From contig CACYDY010000236.1 in NCBI GenBank assembly GCA_902773245.1, positions 1 through 24,864 on the forward strand: DNA of 24,864 nucleotides, written 5' to 3'. Shown piece by piece: positions 16,395 to 24,770 of this stretch. Position 1 is the stretch's first letter; each line of letters opens with the position of its first letter. The notes below the pieces were generated by a model. It made no database searches. It was not told where the DNA came from and was given only the letters and a program-made list of their open reading frames with translations. The DNA comes from an uncultured Ruminococcus sp. GTDB lineage: Bacteria > Bacillota > Clostridia > Oscillospirales > Acutalibacteraceae. Position numbers and translations under genes: made by a program.

Positions 16395-16515
16395 TACTAT
16401 CCACTACTTAATAAAAAATTGAGCGAGTAAGCAGGGGTTCGGGGACGCAGTCATCGAACCCCTGCAAAGCTTTACCTATTGCTAATCATTAAGGCTGTTT
16501 CCAATGTGGTTTGAT
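16395..16515. repeat. MITE-like element copy E4 with 11-bp internal stem
   Basis: aattactatccac...gagcga...ggggttcgg shared with E3; stem gcaggggttcg (16431-16441)/cgaacccctgc (16455-16465); right end degenerate (atgtggtttgat). Confidence 0.6.
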
Positions 16516-16540
16516 ATAAATAATTATTATCAAAAAAATG

Positions 16541-16569
16541 TCATAGCAAAAAAACTCTCCGCATAGAAT
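16541..16569 (+). promoter_or_regulatory. sigma-E-type sporulation promoter of spoIVA
   Basis: TCATAGC-14 nt-CATAGAAT matches B. subtilis sigma-E consensus (ZHATAXX-14-CATACAHT); spoIVA is a known sigma-E gene. Confidence 0.75.
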
Positions 16570-16607
16570 TGAACATATCAAATGTTTCAAATACGGAGGT
16601 TACAGAG

Positions 16608-18086
16608 TTGGAAGAAAGAAATATTTATCAAGACATTTCAAGGAGAACAGGCGGACAGATCTATTTAGGCGTTGTGGGCGGTGTGAGAACAGGAAAATCA
16701 ACTTTTATCAAACGTTTTATGGACACCTTGGTTATTCCGAATATTCCCGATGAAGCTCTCCGCCGACGTGCGGTTGACGAACTTCCGCAGTCCTCGGCAG
16801 GAAGAACAATAATGACTACTGAGCCGAAGTTTATTCCCGAGGACAGCGTGGAGATCAGACTTGAGGACAATGTTTCGTTCAAGGTGCGAATGATCGACTG
16901 CGTTGGATATATCGTTCCCAGTGCGTTGGGGTACATCGAGGACGAACAGCCCCGAATGGTGAAAACTCCTTGGTATGACGAAGAAATACCGTTTAATATG
17001 GCGGCGGAGATCGGTACTCAAAAGGTTATTACGGATCATTCGAGCGTTGGAATAGTCGTCACAACAGATGGCTCGATCACTGACATTCCCCGAGAAGAGT
17101 ACGAAGAAGCCGAACAAAGAGTAATAAAAGAGCTAAAGGATCTTAACAAGCCGTTTATTATTCTGCTCAACTGCACCGATCCGACTTCTAAAAGCTCACA
17201 GCTGCTTGCGGAAAATCTCAGCCGAAAATATGAGATCCCCGTTGCACCGGTGAATTGTCTTGAGCTTGACGAGAATGAGATAAAGCGTATTTTGTCGCAG
17301 ATACTCTTCGAATTTCCTGTCAGGGAAATCGGCATTGATATCCCCAAATGGGTTACTTCTCTTGAAAAAGAGCATTGGCTGAAAAGCGAGGTATTCACAA
17401 GTATTCAAAACTGTGCGTCCGGTATCGAAAAGATACGTCAGATCGCAGATTCGTGCAGTCGTTTGAAAAACTGTGAGTATATTACAAATGCCGATATTAC
17501 CTCGGTCGATCTCGGCAGGGGAAAAGCAAGGCTGAGAGTAGATCTTGACAAAACGCTGTTTTGTAAGGTTATCGGTGAGAAAACAGGCATTGATATTGCA
17601 GATGAGTCCGATATGCTGCGTATTATTGTGGAACTGACAAAAATGAGAACGGAATATAACAAGATAAAATCTGCATATGACGATGTTATGGAAACAGGCT
17701 ACGGAATAGTTATGCCGTCAATGGAAGAGCTTACGCTTGAAGAGCCGAAGATTATTAAACAAGGCAGCAAATATGGCATAAAGCTCAGGGCGTCCGCTCC
17801 CTCGATTCATATGCTGAGAACCAATATCACAACCGAACTCACCCCCATTGTAGGCTCGGAACAGCAGTCGGAAGATCTTGTTATGTTTATGCTAAACGAA
17901 TTTGAAGAGGATCCCGTAAAAATCTGGGAATCCAACATCTTCGGAAAATCGCTTCATGAGCTTGTGAACGAAGGGCTTCACAACAAGCTCCACCGAATGC
18001 CAAGCGACGCAAGAGCAAAGATCAACGAAACTATCGAACGCATTATCAATGACGGCTGCAACGGATTGATTTGTGTGATATTGTAA
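16608..18086 (+). CDS. spoIVA: Stage IV sporulation protein A (spore coat morphogenetic ATPase)
   Basis: 'IYQDISRRTGGQIYLGVVGGVRTGKSTFIKRFM', 'DELPQS', 'TTEPKF', 'DCVGY', 'IWESNIFGKSL'; GGAGG SD favours TTG 16608. Confidence 0.98.
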   Translation: MEERNIYQDISRRTGGQIYLGVVGGVRTGKSTFIKRFMDTLVIPNIPDEALRRRAVDELPQSSAGRTIMTTEPKFIPEDSVEIRLEDNVSFKVRMIDCVGYIVPSALGYIEDEQPRMVKTPWYDEEIPFNMAAEIGTQKVITDHSSVGIVVTTDGSITDIPREEYEEAEQRVIKELKDLNKPFIILLNCTDPTSKSSQLLAENLSRKYEIPVAPVNCLELDENEIKRILSQILFEFPVREIGIDIPKWVTSLEKEHWLKSEVFTSIQNCASGIEKIRQIADSCSRLKNCEYITNADITSVDLGRGKARLRVDLDKTLFCKVIGEKTGIDIADESDMLRIIVELTKMRTEYNKIKSAYDDVMETGYGIVMPSMEELTLEEPKIIKQGSKYGIKLRASAPSIHMLRTNITTELTPIVGSEQQSEDLVMFMLNEFEEDPVKIWESNIFGKSLHELVNEGLHNKLHRMPSDARAKINETIERIINDGCNGLICVIL

Positions 18087-18109
18087 CGGCTTTGCTAATT
18101 ATCAAATTA

Positions 18110-18487
18110 TCAAAACAGATTGTAAAAACTTATTTTTTCACCGTCGCCGAGCGCGGCGGTTCTGTTTTTTAATTCTCCGCATTCAACGTAGACCTCTGCG
18201 TAATTTCCCTGGTCGCAGTAACGGTTTATGTTTTCAATGGAAATGTCTATCTGGTCGATTTCGGAGTGTGTCATAAAAAATCCAAGCTTTGATTTGTATT
18301 TTTGCCATGTGTCTTTCATTTCCATGCACAGCTGTTTTGTGTTGTCGGAACGGTCTTTTGCGGATCGCTCGGTTTTTGAGGTTATTTCGAGCATTTGCTC
18401 GGAGGAGTCTTTTGTGATTTTTAGTTCGATAAATGCCGTTGACAGAATCAGCAGTGTGATCAGCATTGCGGTTTTGACTTTTGTCAC
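18110..18487 (-). CDS. DUF4363-family protein
   Basis: N-terminal TM, 'W...LGFFMTHSEIDQI' pattern; canonical partner of DUF421; 4-bp overlap. Confidence 0.75.
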   Translation of the reverse strand: MTKVKTAMLITLLILSTAFIELKITKDSSEQMLEITSKTERSAKDRSDNTKQLCMEMKDTWQKYKSKLGFFMTHSEIDQIDISIENINRYCDQGNYAEVYVECGELKNRTAALGDGEKISFYNLF

Positions 18488-19161
18488 AGGTCATCACTTC
18501 TTTTTATTATATTGTATTCTTTTTTCATGTTAAGGGTCATAATAAAAACGTCCTTTTGATCAATTTTTTCTTTTGCGAGTATCTTTTTTACGAATTTCTC
18601 GTCCACGTCGCAAAGCTGCATGGAAAGCCGTGAGAACTCTCCGTCGCTTATGATAACGGTTTCGATTCCTTTGTTCTCTGTTTTTATTTTCAAATCTTCG
18701 TTTGTTGGGTTTTCTTTTTCGGGCTTTTTCATAACGCTCAGTTTTCCGTTGGTTTCCACTATTCCGAAAAGAACGTCGTCAAATGAGAAAACGTCTTGCT
18801 GACGCAGGCTTTCAGAAAGATCGTCAACCGACATTCTCAGTCGTTTCAGCTCTTTTTGCTGTATTTCGCCGTCGTTTATAACTATGATCGGTCTGCCGCA
18901 GATCGTTTTTCTGAGAAAAGAGTTTTTTAGCATTGCTCCCGACAAGAATACCTCGCAAACCACCAGCACAGTCATCGGCAAAAGACCGCTAAGCAGGGGC
19001 TTTGAGGCGTTTTCGACCGAGAGTGACGCAATGTCCGACAGCAGCATTGTCACAACAAGCTCGGTCGTTTGGAGATCGCCGATTTGACGTTTTCCCATGA
19101 ATCTGACGGCTATTATTATCAAAGAATAAAGAATCGCTGTTCTTATAATAGATATGAACAT
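18484..19161 (-). CDS. DUF421 (YetF-like) membrane protein
   Basis: 'RFMGKRQIGDL', 'GRPIIVINDGEI', 'LRQQDVF', 'VETNGKLSV'. Confidence 0.88.
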   Translation of the reverse strand: MFISIIRTAILYSLIIIAVRFMGKRQIGDLQTTELVVTMLLSDIASLSVENASKPLLSGLLPMTVLVVCEVFLSGAMLKNSFLRKTICGRPIIVINDGEIQQKELKRLRMSVDDLSESLRQQDVFSFDDVLFGIVETNGKLSVMKKPEKENPTNEDLKIKTENKGIETVIISDGEFSRLSMQLCDVDEKFVKKILAKEKIDQKDVFIMTLNMKKEYNIIKRSDDL

Positions 19162-19239
19162 AGAATATCACCGTTTTTATTATTCCTGTTTTTGGGATTT
19201 ATATGCATTGTTCATAATTTAAACGATGGGGTGTTTCAC

Positions 19240-19375
19240 CGGCGGCACGACGGCGACCAAAGGCTCTGCCTTTGGAAACCGACTGCTTTTTGAAAAAAGC
19301 GGGGCAAAAACTTCAATTGTCCTCTTTAAAGCTTTTTTGTGCAGTTTTCAAAATTGCTCATTTATAGTATAAATC
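19240..19375 (-). repeat. REP-like dispersed repeat (family 3)
   Basis: Reverse complement of 19281-19365 is ~85% identical to 24781-24864; contains palindromes ccaaaggc/gcctttgg and gcttttt/aaaaagc. Confidence 0.85.
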
Positions 19376-19492
19376 AAAGCAAATATAAAATGATACTTTT
19401 TGGTGAAAATCAAAACAGGCAGCAGCAAAGCGAATTAACGGTCTGAGAAAGAAAAGAGTAAATCTTAACGCTTTCGAGTATTATGACGGCGG

Positions 19493-20380
19493 TCATCTCA
19501 CGAGAGAAAAAAGATCTTCACAGCTCAGTTCGGGCTGGAGCGCAAGATTTATTGCCATTCCTATAAGCTGTGAAGCACGGTCTATCAGAAGGTCGATCTC
19601 TCTTGGGGTCACAACCATTTCTTTGAATTTTTGAAGCAGGCTGTCACGAAGCTTTTCATTGTCGAAGTCGTCATTCGGATACAGAAGATCCGCCGCAAGC
19701 GTGGCTGCGTCAACTACTGTCGGAACTCCCATGCTGATGACGGGGACTCCCATGGTTGCGCTGTTGAGAATATTCCGATGATTTCCTATTCCGGCTCCGG
19801 GAGCTATTCCCGTGTCGGAGATCTGAACGGTGCAGCCCAATCGTTTCAGCTTTCTCGAAGCAAGCGAATCTATGGCTATTATCGCTTGAATGTTTGCGCT
19901 GCGAATTATTCCCTTGACAAGCTCGCCGACTTCTATTCCTGTTTGACCGAGAACTCCCGGAGTGACAACACACACGCTTCTCAAATTGTCAAAACCAAGC
20001 GCAGCCGCAAGACCGCCGGTGATGTGTCTGGTTGCAAGCACCTTTGAAGCCGCTTTCGGCCCGAGTGCGTCAGGGGTTATATTATGGTTGCCGATACCCA
20101 CCACGAGAATGTTTCCTCGGGGCGGGATAACGCTTCGAAGCTGATCGCCGATAACGGTGAGCTTTTTGTCTGCCGATGTAAATTCGTCGGTTAGCGCCTT
20201 AAATTCACAGGTTATATATGTTCCTTTCTCTTTTCCGAGTCGGTTCGCAGCCTGTTGGTTAACGATTTTCATTTTTGTGATTTTTATTTTATCTTCGTAG
20301 TCCGTTGAAACCTCAAGTCCGTCTATTTTTTCGTTTACAAGCTCTTTTGCTTCCAGGGCAAGGTCTGTTCTTATTTCCAT
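19493..20380 (-). CDS. gpr: Germination protease GPR (spore SASP endopeptidase)
   Basis: 'IRTDLALEAKE', 'LVVGIGNHNITPDALGP', 'PGVLGQTGIE', 'IAIDSLASR', 'GVPTVVDAAT'. Confidence 0.96.
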   Translation of the reverse strand: MEIRTDLALEAKELVNEKIDGLEVSTDYEDKIKITKMKIVNQQAANRLGKEKGTYITCEFKALTDEFTSADKKLTVIGDQLRSVIPPRGNILVVGIGNHNITPDALGPKAASKVLATRHITGGLAAALGFDNLRSVCVVTPGVLGQTGIEVGELVKGIIRSANIQAIIAIDSLASRKLKRLGCTVQISDTGIAPGAGIGNHRNILNSATMGVPVISMGVPTVVDAATLAADLLYPNDDFDNEKLRDSLLQKFKEMVVTPREIDLLIDRASQLIGMAINLALQPELSCEDLFSLVR

Positions 20381-20455
20381 GATTTTACCTTTCTTTCATT
20401 TTGATAATGTTTGTTTATCGCTTTCGGTATGTTATTATTATTATTATCCGCACGG

Positions 20456-20484
20456 TTGACTGTCATTCAAAACTGTGTTATAAT
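20456..20484 (+). promoter_or_regulatory. sigma-A promoter of pyridoxal kinase gene
   Basis: TTGACT-17 nt-TATAAT with TGn. Confidence 0.85.
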
Positions 20485-20537
20485 TTTGTGAAATAATAAT
20501 GTTTCTTTGGGGAATATTTTCAAGGAAGGTGAGTGTT

Positions 20538-21371
20538 ATGAAAAGAATAGCCCTTATAACCGATATCTCGGGGTTGGGAAACTGCTCGGCAAATGCTAAT
20601 ATTTCGATATTGTCCGCTATGGGAATGGAATGCTGCTTTATTCCGACAGCGGTTTTGTCCGCTCAGACGGGATTCAGGAATTACTCAATGATAGATTGTT
20701 CGGATAGCCTGGACAGTTTTTTTGTTTCATTTAAAAGAATCAATCCAAGCTTTGACGCAATTTATTCAGGTTTTCTGGCGAATGCCGCTCAGGCTGATTT
20801 TGCGGGACGTTTTATCTCTGAGTTTAAAAATGAAAACACTGTAGTTTTTGCCGATCCGATTATGGGGGATAACGGAAACAGTCACAGCTTTTACTCTGAA
20901 AGGTTAAAATTTGCAATAAGCGAAATTGTGAGTATGTCAACCGTGATAACCCCGAATTTAACCGAACTGTGTCTGTTGACAGATACGGATTATCACACAG
21001 TTGACAATCTTGAAGATGAAAAAAAGTTTTCCGTGATTGACGACCTTTGCTGCCGGCTTCTTAATGATACTACCAAGGCGATTGTCGTTACGGGTATTTT
21101 GGATCATGACGGCAATATTGTTAATTTGACAGCAAAGAAAGGCGTTTATCAATGTGTATCTTCAAAAAGATTCGGCACAAGCTACAGCGGAACAGGCGAC
21201 ATCTTTACTTCGGTTTTATGCGGTTCGATGCTTAGGGGAGAGTCTGTGTTTGATGCCGCCAAAAAAGCGTCCGATTTCGTTTGTGGAGTCCTTGAAGAGT
21301 CCTTTTCGGCGATAGACGACAGAAATTATGGTATTCCTTTTCAGAAGTATTTGCCCAAATTATTCGCTTGA
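20538..21371 (+). CDS. pdxK: Pyridoxal/pyridoxamine kinase (PfkB/ribokinase family)
   Basis: 'MKRIALITDISGLGNCS', 'PTAVLSAQTG', 'AIYSGFL', 'ADPIMGD', 'ITPNLTE', 'SGTGDIF'; SD favours ATG 20538. Confidence 0.87.
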   Translation: MKRIALITDISGLGNCSANANISILSAMGMECCFIPTAVLSAQTGFRNYSMIDCSDSLDSFFVSFKRINPSFDAIYSGFLANAAQADFAGRFISEFKNENTVVFADPIMGDNGNSHSFYSERLKFAISEIVSMSTVITPNLTELCLLTDTDYHTVDNLEDEKKFSVIDDLCCRLLNDTTKAIVVTGILDHDGNIVNLTAKKGVYQCVSSKRFGTSYSGTGDIFTSVLCGSMLRGESVFDAAKKASDFVCGVLEESFSAIDDRNYGIPFQKYLPKLFA

Positions 21372-21379
21372 TCTCTTGG

Positions 21380-21422
21380 AAACAAAAAAACTTGCCCGAT
21401 CATTCGGACAAGTTTTTGTTTG
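21380..21422. terminator. Bidirectional intrinsic terminator
   Basis: aaacaaaaaaacttgcccga / tcggacaagtttttgttt between convergent genes. Confidence 0.8.
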
Positions 21423-21432
21423 TTTGACGAAT

Positions 21433-21636
21433 TTAATCGTCTTTATCTTTTTTCTTTAAAACAAGCATAAGTACAACGACTATGATCGAAACCGCAAGAA
21501 CAGCCAATGCCGTGTATGTTTTGCCGTCACCCGTTGTCACAGCGGATATTTCCGCAGCGCAGGCAGAGATCTGCGTTGAGATCATCATTACAAAAAAGCC
21601 TGCGATCGTTAGAAAAATACTCTTAAATTTTTTCAT
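21433..21636 (-). CDS. 67-aa protein made of a signal peptide plus a sortase-type sorting signal (VTTGD-TM-KKKDK)
   Basis: Basic N-terminus + hydrophobic h-region + ACA|A cleavage-like site; xTGD motif, TM helix, lysine tail; SD AAGGA..GAAG upstream. Confidence 0.7.
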   Translation of the reverse strand: MKKFKSIFLTIAGFFVMMISTQISACAAEISAVTTGDGKTYTALAVLAVSIIVVVLMLVLKKKDKDD

Positions 21637-21673
21637 CTTTTCTTCTCCTTTTTCCTTAATAGTTATGTTTTGT

Positions 21674-23410
21674 TTACCGGTTTATTATGCCGTTTACAAA
21701 ATCACTGATAGGGTTTGCCGAGGTTTGTTCGTCGTTTGAGGGTGGTTCGACTTCCGAAGTGACATCGGAATAATATTCCGGTTCGGAAGAGTAAGCTTCG
21801 TTGTAGTCCTCGTAATCATTCGGGTCGTCATAATAAACATCGTTGCCGTCATCGTAGCTGTAATCCTCGGCGTAGCTTGACGTGTCGTTTCCGAAAAAGC
21901 TTTCCACTGCCGACATACCGCTGTCAATGTAGCTTTCGAGATCTTCAAGTCTGCTGTCAATGTTAAAAAGACTTTTTGAAGATGTATTTTCCTCTTCTTG
22001 TGACGATGGCTCCTCATAAAATACATCGTTTTCATCATCGCTTGAATCGGTGTCGATGTCGATCTCGGTGTCGGTTTCGGTTTTTCTTTCAAATATGCTT
22101 GTGGTGTCGGGTATCAGATCATCGGTCTTTTTTCCGAGAAAATCGGTGACTGCCGAGGGGAGAGTAAAAATTCCCGCAATAAAAAGCCAGATAACCACGG
22201 CAATAATTGCAAGCACCAAGAAAATTAAAATACCGTTTAATATCTTGTTCGGATTTGAGGAATTATAGCTTCTTTGCGCTTCGGGCGTTCGGGAGATCGG
22301 ACGTGAAGGAGCGGCAGGCTTTGGAGTTTTTTCAACCGAAAGATTATCAAAGCCGTCGCCCATCAGACCGTTTAGAAAATCCTCGGGGTTTTTTGTTCTT
22401 TTTTCGTAATCAACCTTGAGCGCCTTGAACATTGCTTTTTCTGCGCCCGGGGTTATGGGTATGCCAAGCTTTGAAACGGAGGAGAGCGAATCGCTTGTTT
22501 TTCTTTTTATCGCAGAGGGAATGGTCACTCCGGTAAGCATTTTATACATTGTTGCCGCTGCGGCGTAAACGTCCGTCCACGGACCCTGCTCCATGTTCAT
22601 GTAGTACATTTCCAATGCGCTGTAGCCTGCTCGAAGCTTTCCGGAATCACGCTGGGTGTAGACGTTTTTGTTGAAATCGGAGAGATTATAGTCCAGAAGA
22701 TACGTTTCGCTCGATGATGTCACAATAATGTTGTCGGGGCAGATATCTCCGTGGATAATTCCGACTTTGTTCAGCTTTCTCAGTCCCTGCAGCACGCTTG
22801 TGATAATTGTTATGGCGGCATGGTAGGAGAGCTTTCCCTTGCGTTTTATTATGGAACTTAAAGCTTCGCCGTGAACAAGCTCCGTCACAACGTAGGAGGT
22901 GTTGTTCTGCTTAAAGCATTCTACCATTTTGGGAACACATTTTACGTCGTTGTCGTTTAATTTGTTGCTTTCGTCAATAAAAGAATCCGCTCCTATTGAA
23001 AAAGTGACTTCTGCCTCGTCGGAAAGCGGAACGACATCTCTGCCGTTTGAATCTCTTGTTACAAGATACGAGGGCATATACTCCTTGATAACGACATTTG
23101 CTTGGTTAAAGCTGTCAAAGCATTCGTATGCGACTCCAAAAGCTCCGAAGCCCATCACGCTCAGAACGGAGTAGCGTTTGTTGAGCCGCTCGCCGCCTTG
23201 AAGGTAGAATGCACCGGCATGCCTCGAAGAAGCATAGATGTTTTTCGGTTTGGTTTTTTTGTAGGTTTTTGTATCTTTGACCGCATCAAATTCCTGCGTT
23301 GTTTCCTTGCTGCTTCTGACAGCCGCCTTGGAACGGGGACGATATCCGCAGTGCGGGCATTCCGACAGCTCCTCTTCGTAGGTTTTGCGGCAATTCAGGC
23401 ATCTTTTCAT
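21674..23410 (-). CDS. Membrane Ser/Thr protein kinase-like (Zn-ribbon, Hanks-type domain with degenerate motifs, TM, acidic tail)
   Basis: CLNC...CPHC; GFGAFG; VIKE; HGDICPDN; LDYN in place of DFG; GYSALE; 'TDVYAAAATMYKMLTG'; TM ~394-414; D/E/S/Y-rich C-terminus; AAAGGAG SD. Confidence 0.9.
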   Translation of the reverse strand: MKRCLNCRKTYEEELSECPHCGYRPRSKAAVRSSKETTQEFDAVKDTKTYKKTKPKNIYASSRHAGAFYLQGGERLNKRYSVLSVMGFGAFGVAYECFDSFNQANVVIKEYMPSYLVTRDSNGRDVVPLSDEAEVTFSIGADSFIDESNKLNDNDVKCVPKMVECFKQNNTSYVVTELVHGEALSSIIKRKGKLSYHAAITIITSVLQGLRKLNKVGIIHGDICPDNIIVTSSSETYLLDYNLSDFNKNVYTQRDSGKLRAGYSALEMYYMNMEQGPWTDVYAAAATMYKMLTGVTIPSAIKRKTSDSLSSVSKLGIPITPGAEKAMFKALKVDYEKRTKNPEDFLNGLMGDGFDNLSVEKTPKPAAPSRPISRTPEAQRSYNSSNPNKILNGILIFLVLAIIAVVIWLFIAGIFTLPSAVTDFLGKKTDDLIPDTTSIFERKTETDTEIDIDTDSSDDENDVFYEEPSSQEEENTSSKSLFNIDSRLEDLESYIDSGMSAVESFFGNDTSSYAEDYSYDDGNDVYYDDPNDYEDYNEAYSSEPEYYSDVTSEVEPPSNDEQTSANPISDFVNGIINR

Positions 23411-23517
23411 TCAAAGACTCCTTTCAAATTATTACGATTAATAAAAATCGGATTCGTTTCAGAACCGATTGTTTTTTTGTTATACCATGGAGCAGTATGA
23501 TTTATAAAACTCACATA

Positions 23518-23745
23518 GCCCCTCTGTCCCGGGGACATCTCCTTTGAAAATGGGCGGCTTTCGTGCTTTGACGTCTGCCTGTAAGTTTTCCCTTTAGGAA
23601 ACTGACAACGGCAGTCGAAGAACGGTGGGGAATCCCCGACAGGGCAGCAAGCGCATCTGATTTCCGTGTCAGGTGATTTTCTCGTCTGCGTCAGAATTTG
23701 CTGCTAAACGGTACTCGCCGCACGAGGCGGAGGGGAAAATATCAG
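23518..23745. repeat. Hairpin-rich GC intergenic element, including a REP-like CCCTCTGTC..GACATCTCC unit
   Basis: Stems tgtcc/ggaca, ctgcc/ggcag, gtttt cc/ggaaac, gggg/cccc, gcagcaa/ttgctgc, catctga/tcaggtg, ctcgcc/ggcggag. Confidence 0.5.
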
Positions 23746-23751
23746 CGAATC

Positions 23752-24708
23752 TTATTCGACATACTGCAATATTGCTGCCGTTGCGTTGTCCTGAACCGAG
23801 GAGTTTTTTTGCGCCACGGCAGCCGTTATTTTTTTACAGCATTCATAGACATCGTCAAGGCTTTCTCTCAGTATGGCGGCTATTTCATCTTCCGAAAGCA
23901 CATCGGTGACTCCGTCGGTGCAAAGCAGAAGAAGATCGCCGTTTTTCATAACATATGGCTTTGAATTAATATCACGATACGCAACTCCGCCCATTCCGAG
24001 ATAACTCAAAAGAGCCTTTTGCTGAGGATCGCTGTCCGCCTGCCGCTGCGTTATCTTTCCGCTTTCGACAAGCCTGTCGAGATACATTTTGTAGTTATGT
24101 TCGCTTGTAATTTTTTTCAGCTCATTGTCCTGAAACATGAAAATGGAGCTGTCGCCGACGCTTGCCCAGTAAAGTCTTTTATTCTCAATGAGAACGGAAA
24201 CAAGCGTTGTTCCCGAACCTTTTTCCGTTTTCAGATCGTTCCAGTGGTTTATTTCGTAGTCTATGTAGTCAAGCATTTCGGAAAAGAAACGGGGAATGTC
24301 GACTTTTTTTGTCGGTAATTTGTCCACGGCAAGCTTCATCATTGAAACAGCCGTAAGACTTGCGCGATCACCGGCTTCGAGTCCGCCCATGCCGTCGCAC
24401 ACGACCGCAAACGACCTTGTCAGCCGAAACGGTGATATCGCAGATGACTTTGTGACAAAAAAGCTGTCCTGCTGACTTTCCCGGCTGCCGACTATCGAAT
24501 CGCCGGCAGTGATAATATACGGCTCTTTTCCCGGAAGCTTGAATTTGTGAAGCTCCTCTCTGAGTTTTCCGAGGGAATGCAGATCGCTCTTTTTTGCAAA
24601 TCTTTTGTTGAATTTTATACTGAATTTGAGATTTCGCTTGTTTTCAGAATATGAAGCTTTAACTCTGTTTTCCACATATTCATGTTTCTTTTGCCTTTTT
24701 TTGAACAT
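23752..24708 (-). CDS. PP2C/PPM-family Ser/Thr phosphatase with basic N-terminal extension
   Basis: 'GSRESQQD', 'VVCDGMGG', 'SGTT', 'WASVGDS', 'LLCTDGV', 'QDNAT'; AAGGTG SD favours ATG 24708 over TTG 24735. Confidence 0.93.
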   Translation of the reverse strand: MFKKRQKKHEYVENRVKASYSENKRNLKFSIKFNKRFAKKSDLHSLGKLREELHKFKLPGKEPYIITAGDSIVGSRESQQDSFFVTKSSAISPFRLTRSFAVVCDGMGGLEAGDRASLTAVSMMKLAVDKLPTKKVDIPRFFSEMLDYIDYEINHWNDLKTEKGSGTTLVSVLIENKRLYWASVGDSSIFMFQDNELKKITSEHNYKMYLDRLVESGKITQRQADSDPQQKALLSYLGMGGVAYRDINSKPYVMKNGDLLLLCTDGVTDVLSEDEIAAILRESLDDVYECCKKITAAVAQKNSSVQDNATAAILQYVE

Positions 24709-24770
24709 AAGATACACCTTATATATTTTACCCAAAACTGACGTTGATGCAGTGAAGCCGGGGTAAAAAA

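Noticed and set aside
19180-19215. sigma-F/G promoter for the DUF421 operon (GCATA...GGAATAATA on minus strand)
   Set aside because: Spacing is about one base off consensus; too weak to call without TSS data.
20432-20447. (TTA)5 microsatellite upstream of gpr as a phase-variable promoter
   Set aside because: Short trinucleotide run in an AT-rich intergenic region; could not tie it convincingly to a sigma-F/G spacer.
568-24318. Numerous antisense/overlapping ORFs in the track (e.g. 568-939, 3220-3717, 8993-9697, 12608-13354, 14591-15298, 23673-23964)
   Set aside because: They lie opposite or inside well-supported genes or the tmRNA, lack SDs and recognisable motifs; shadow ORFs.
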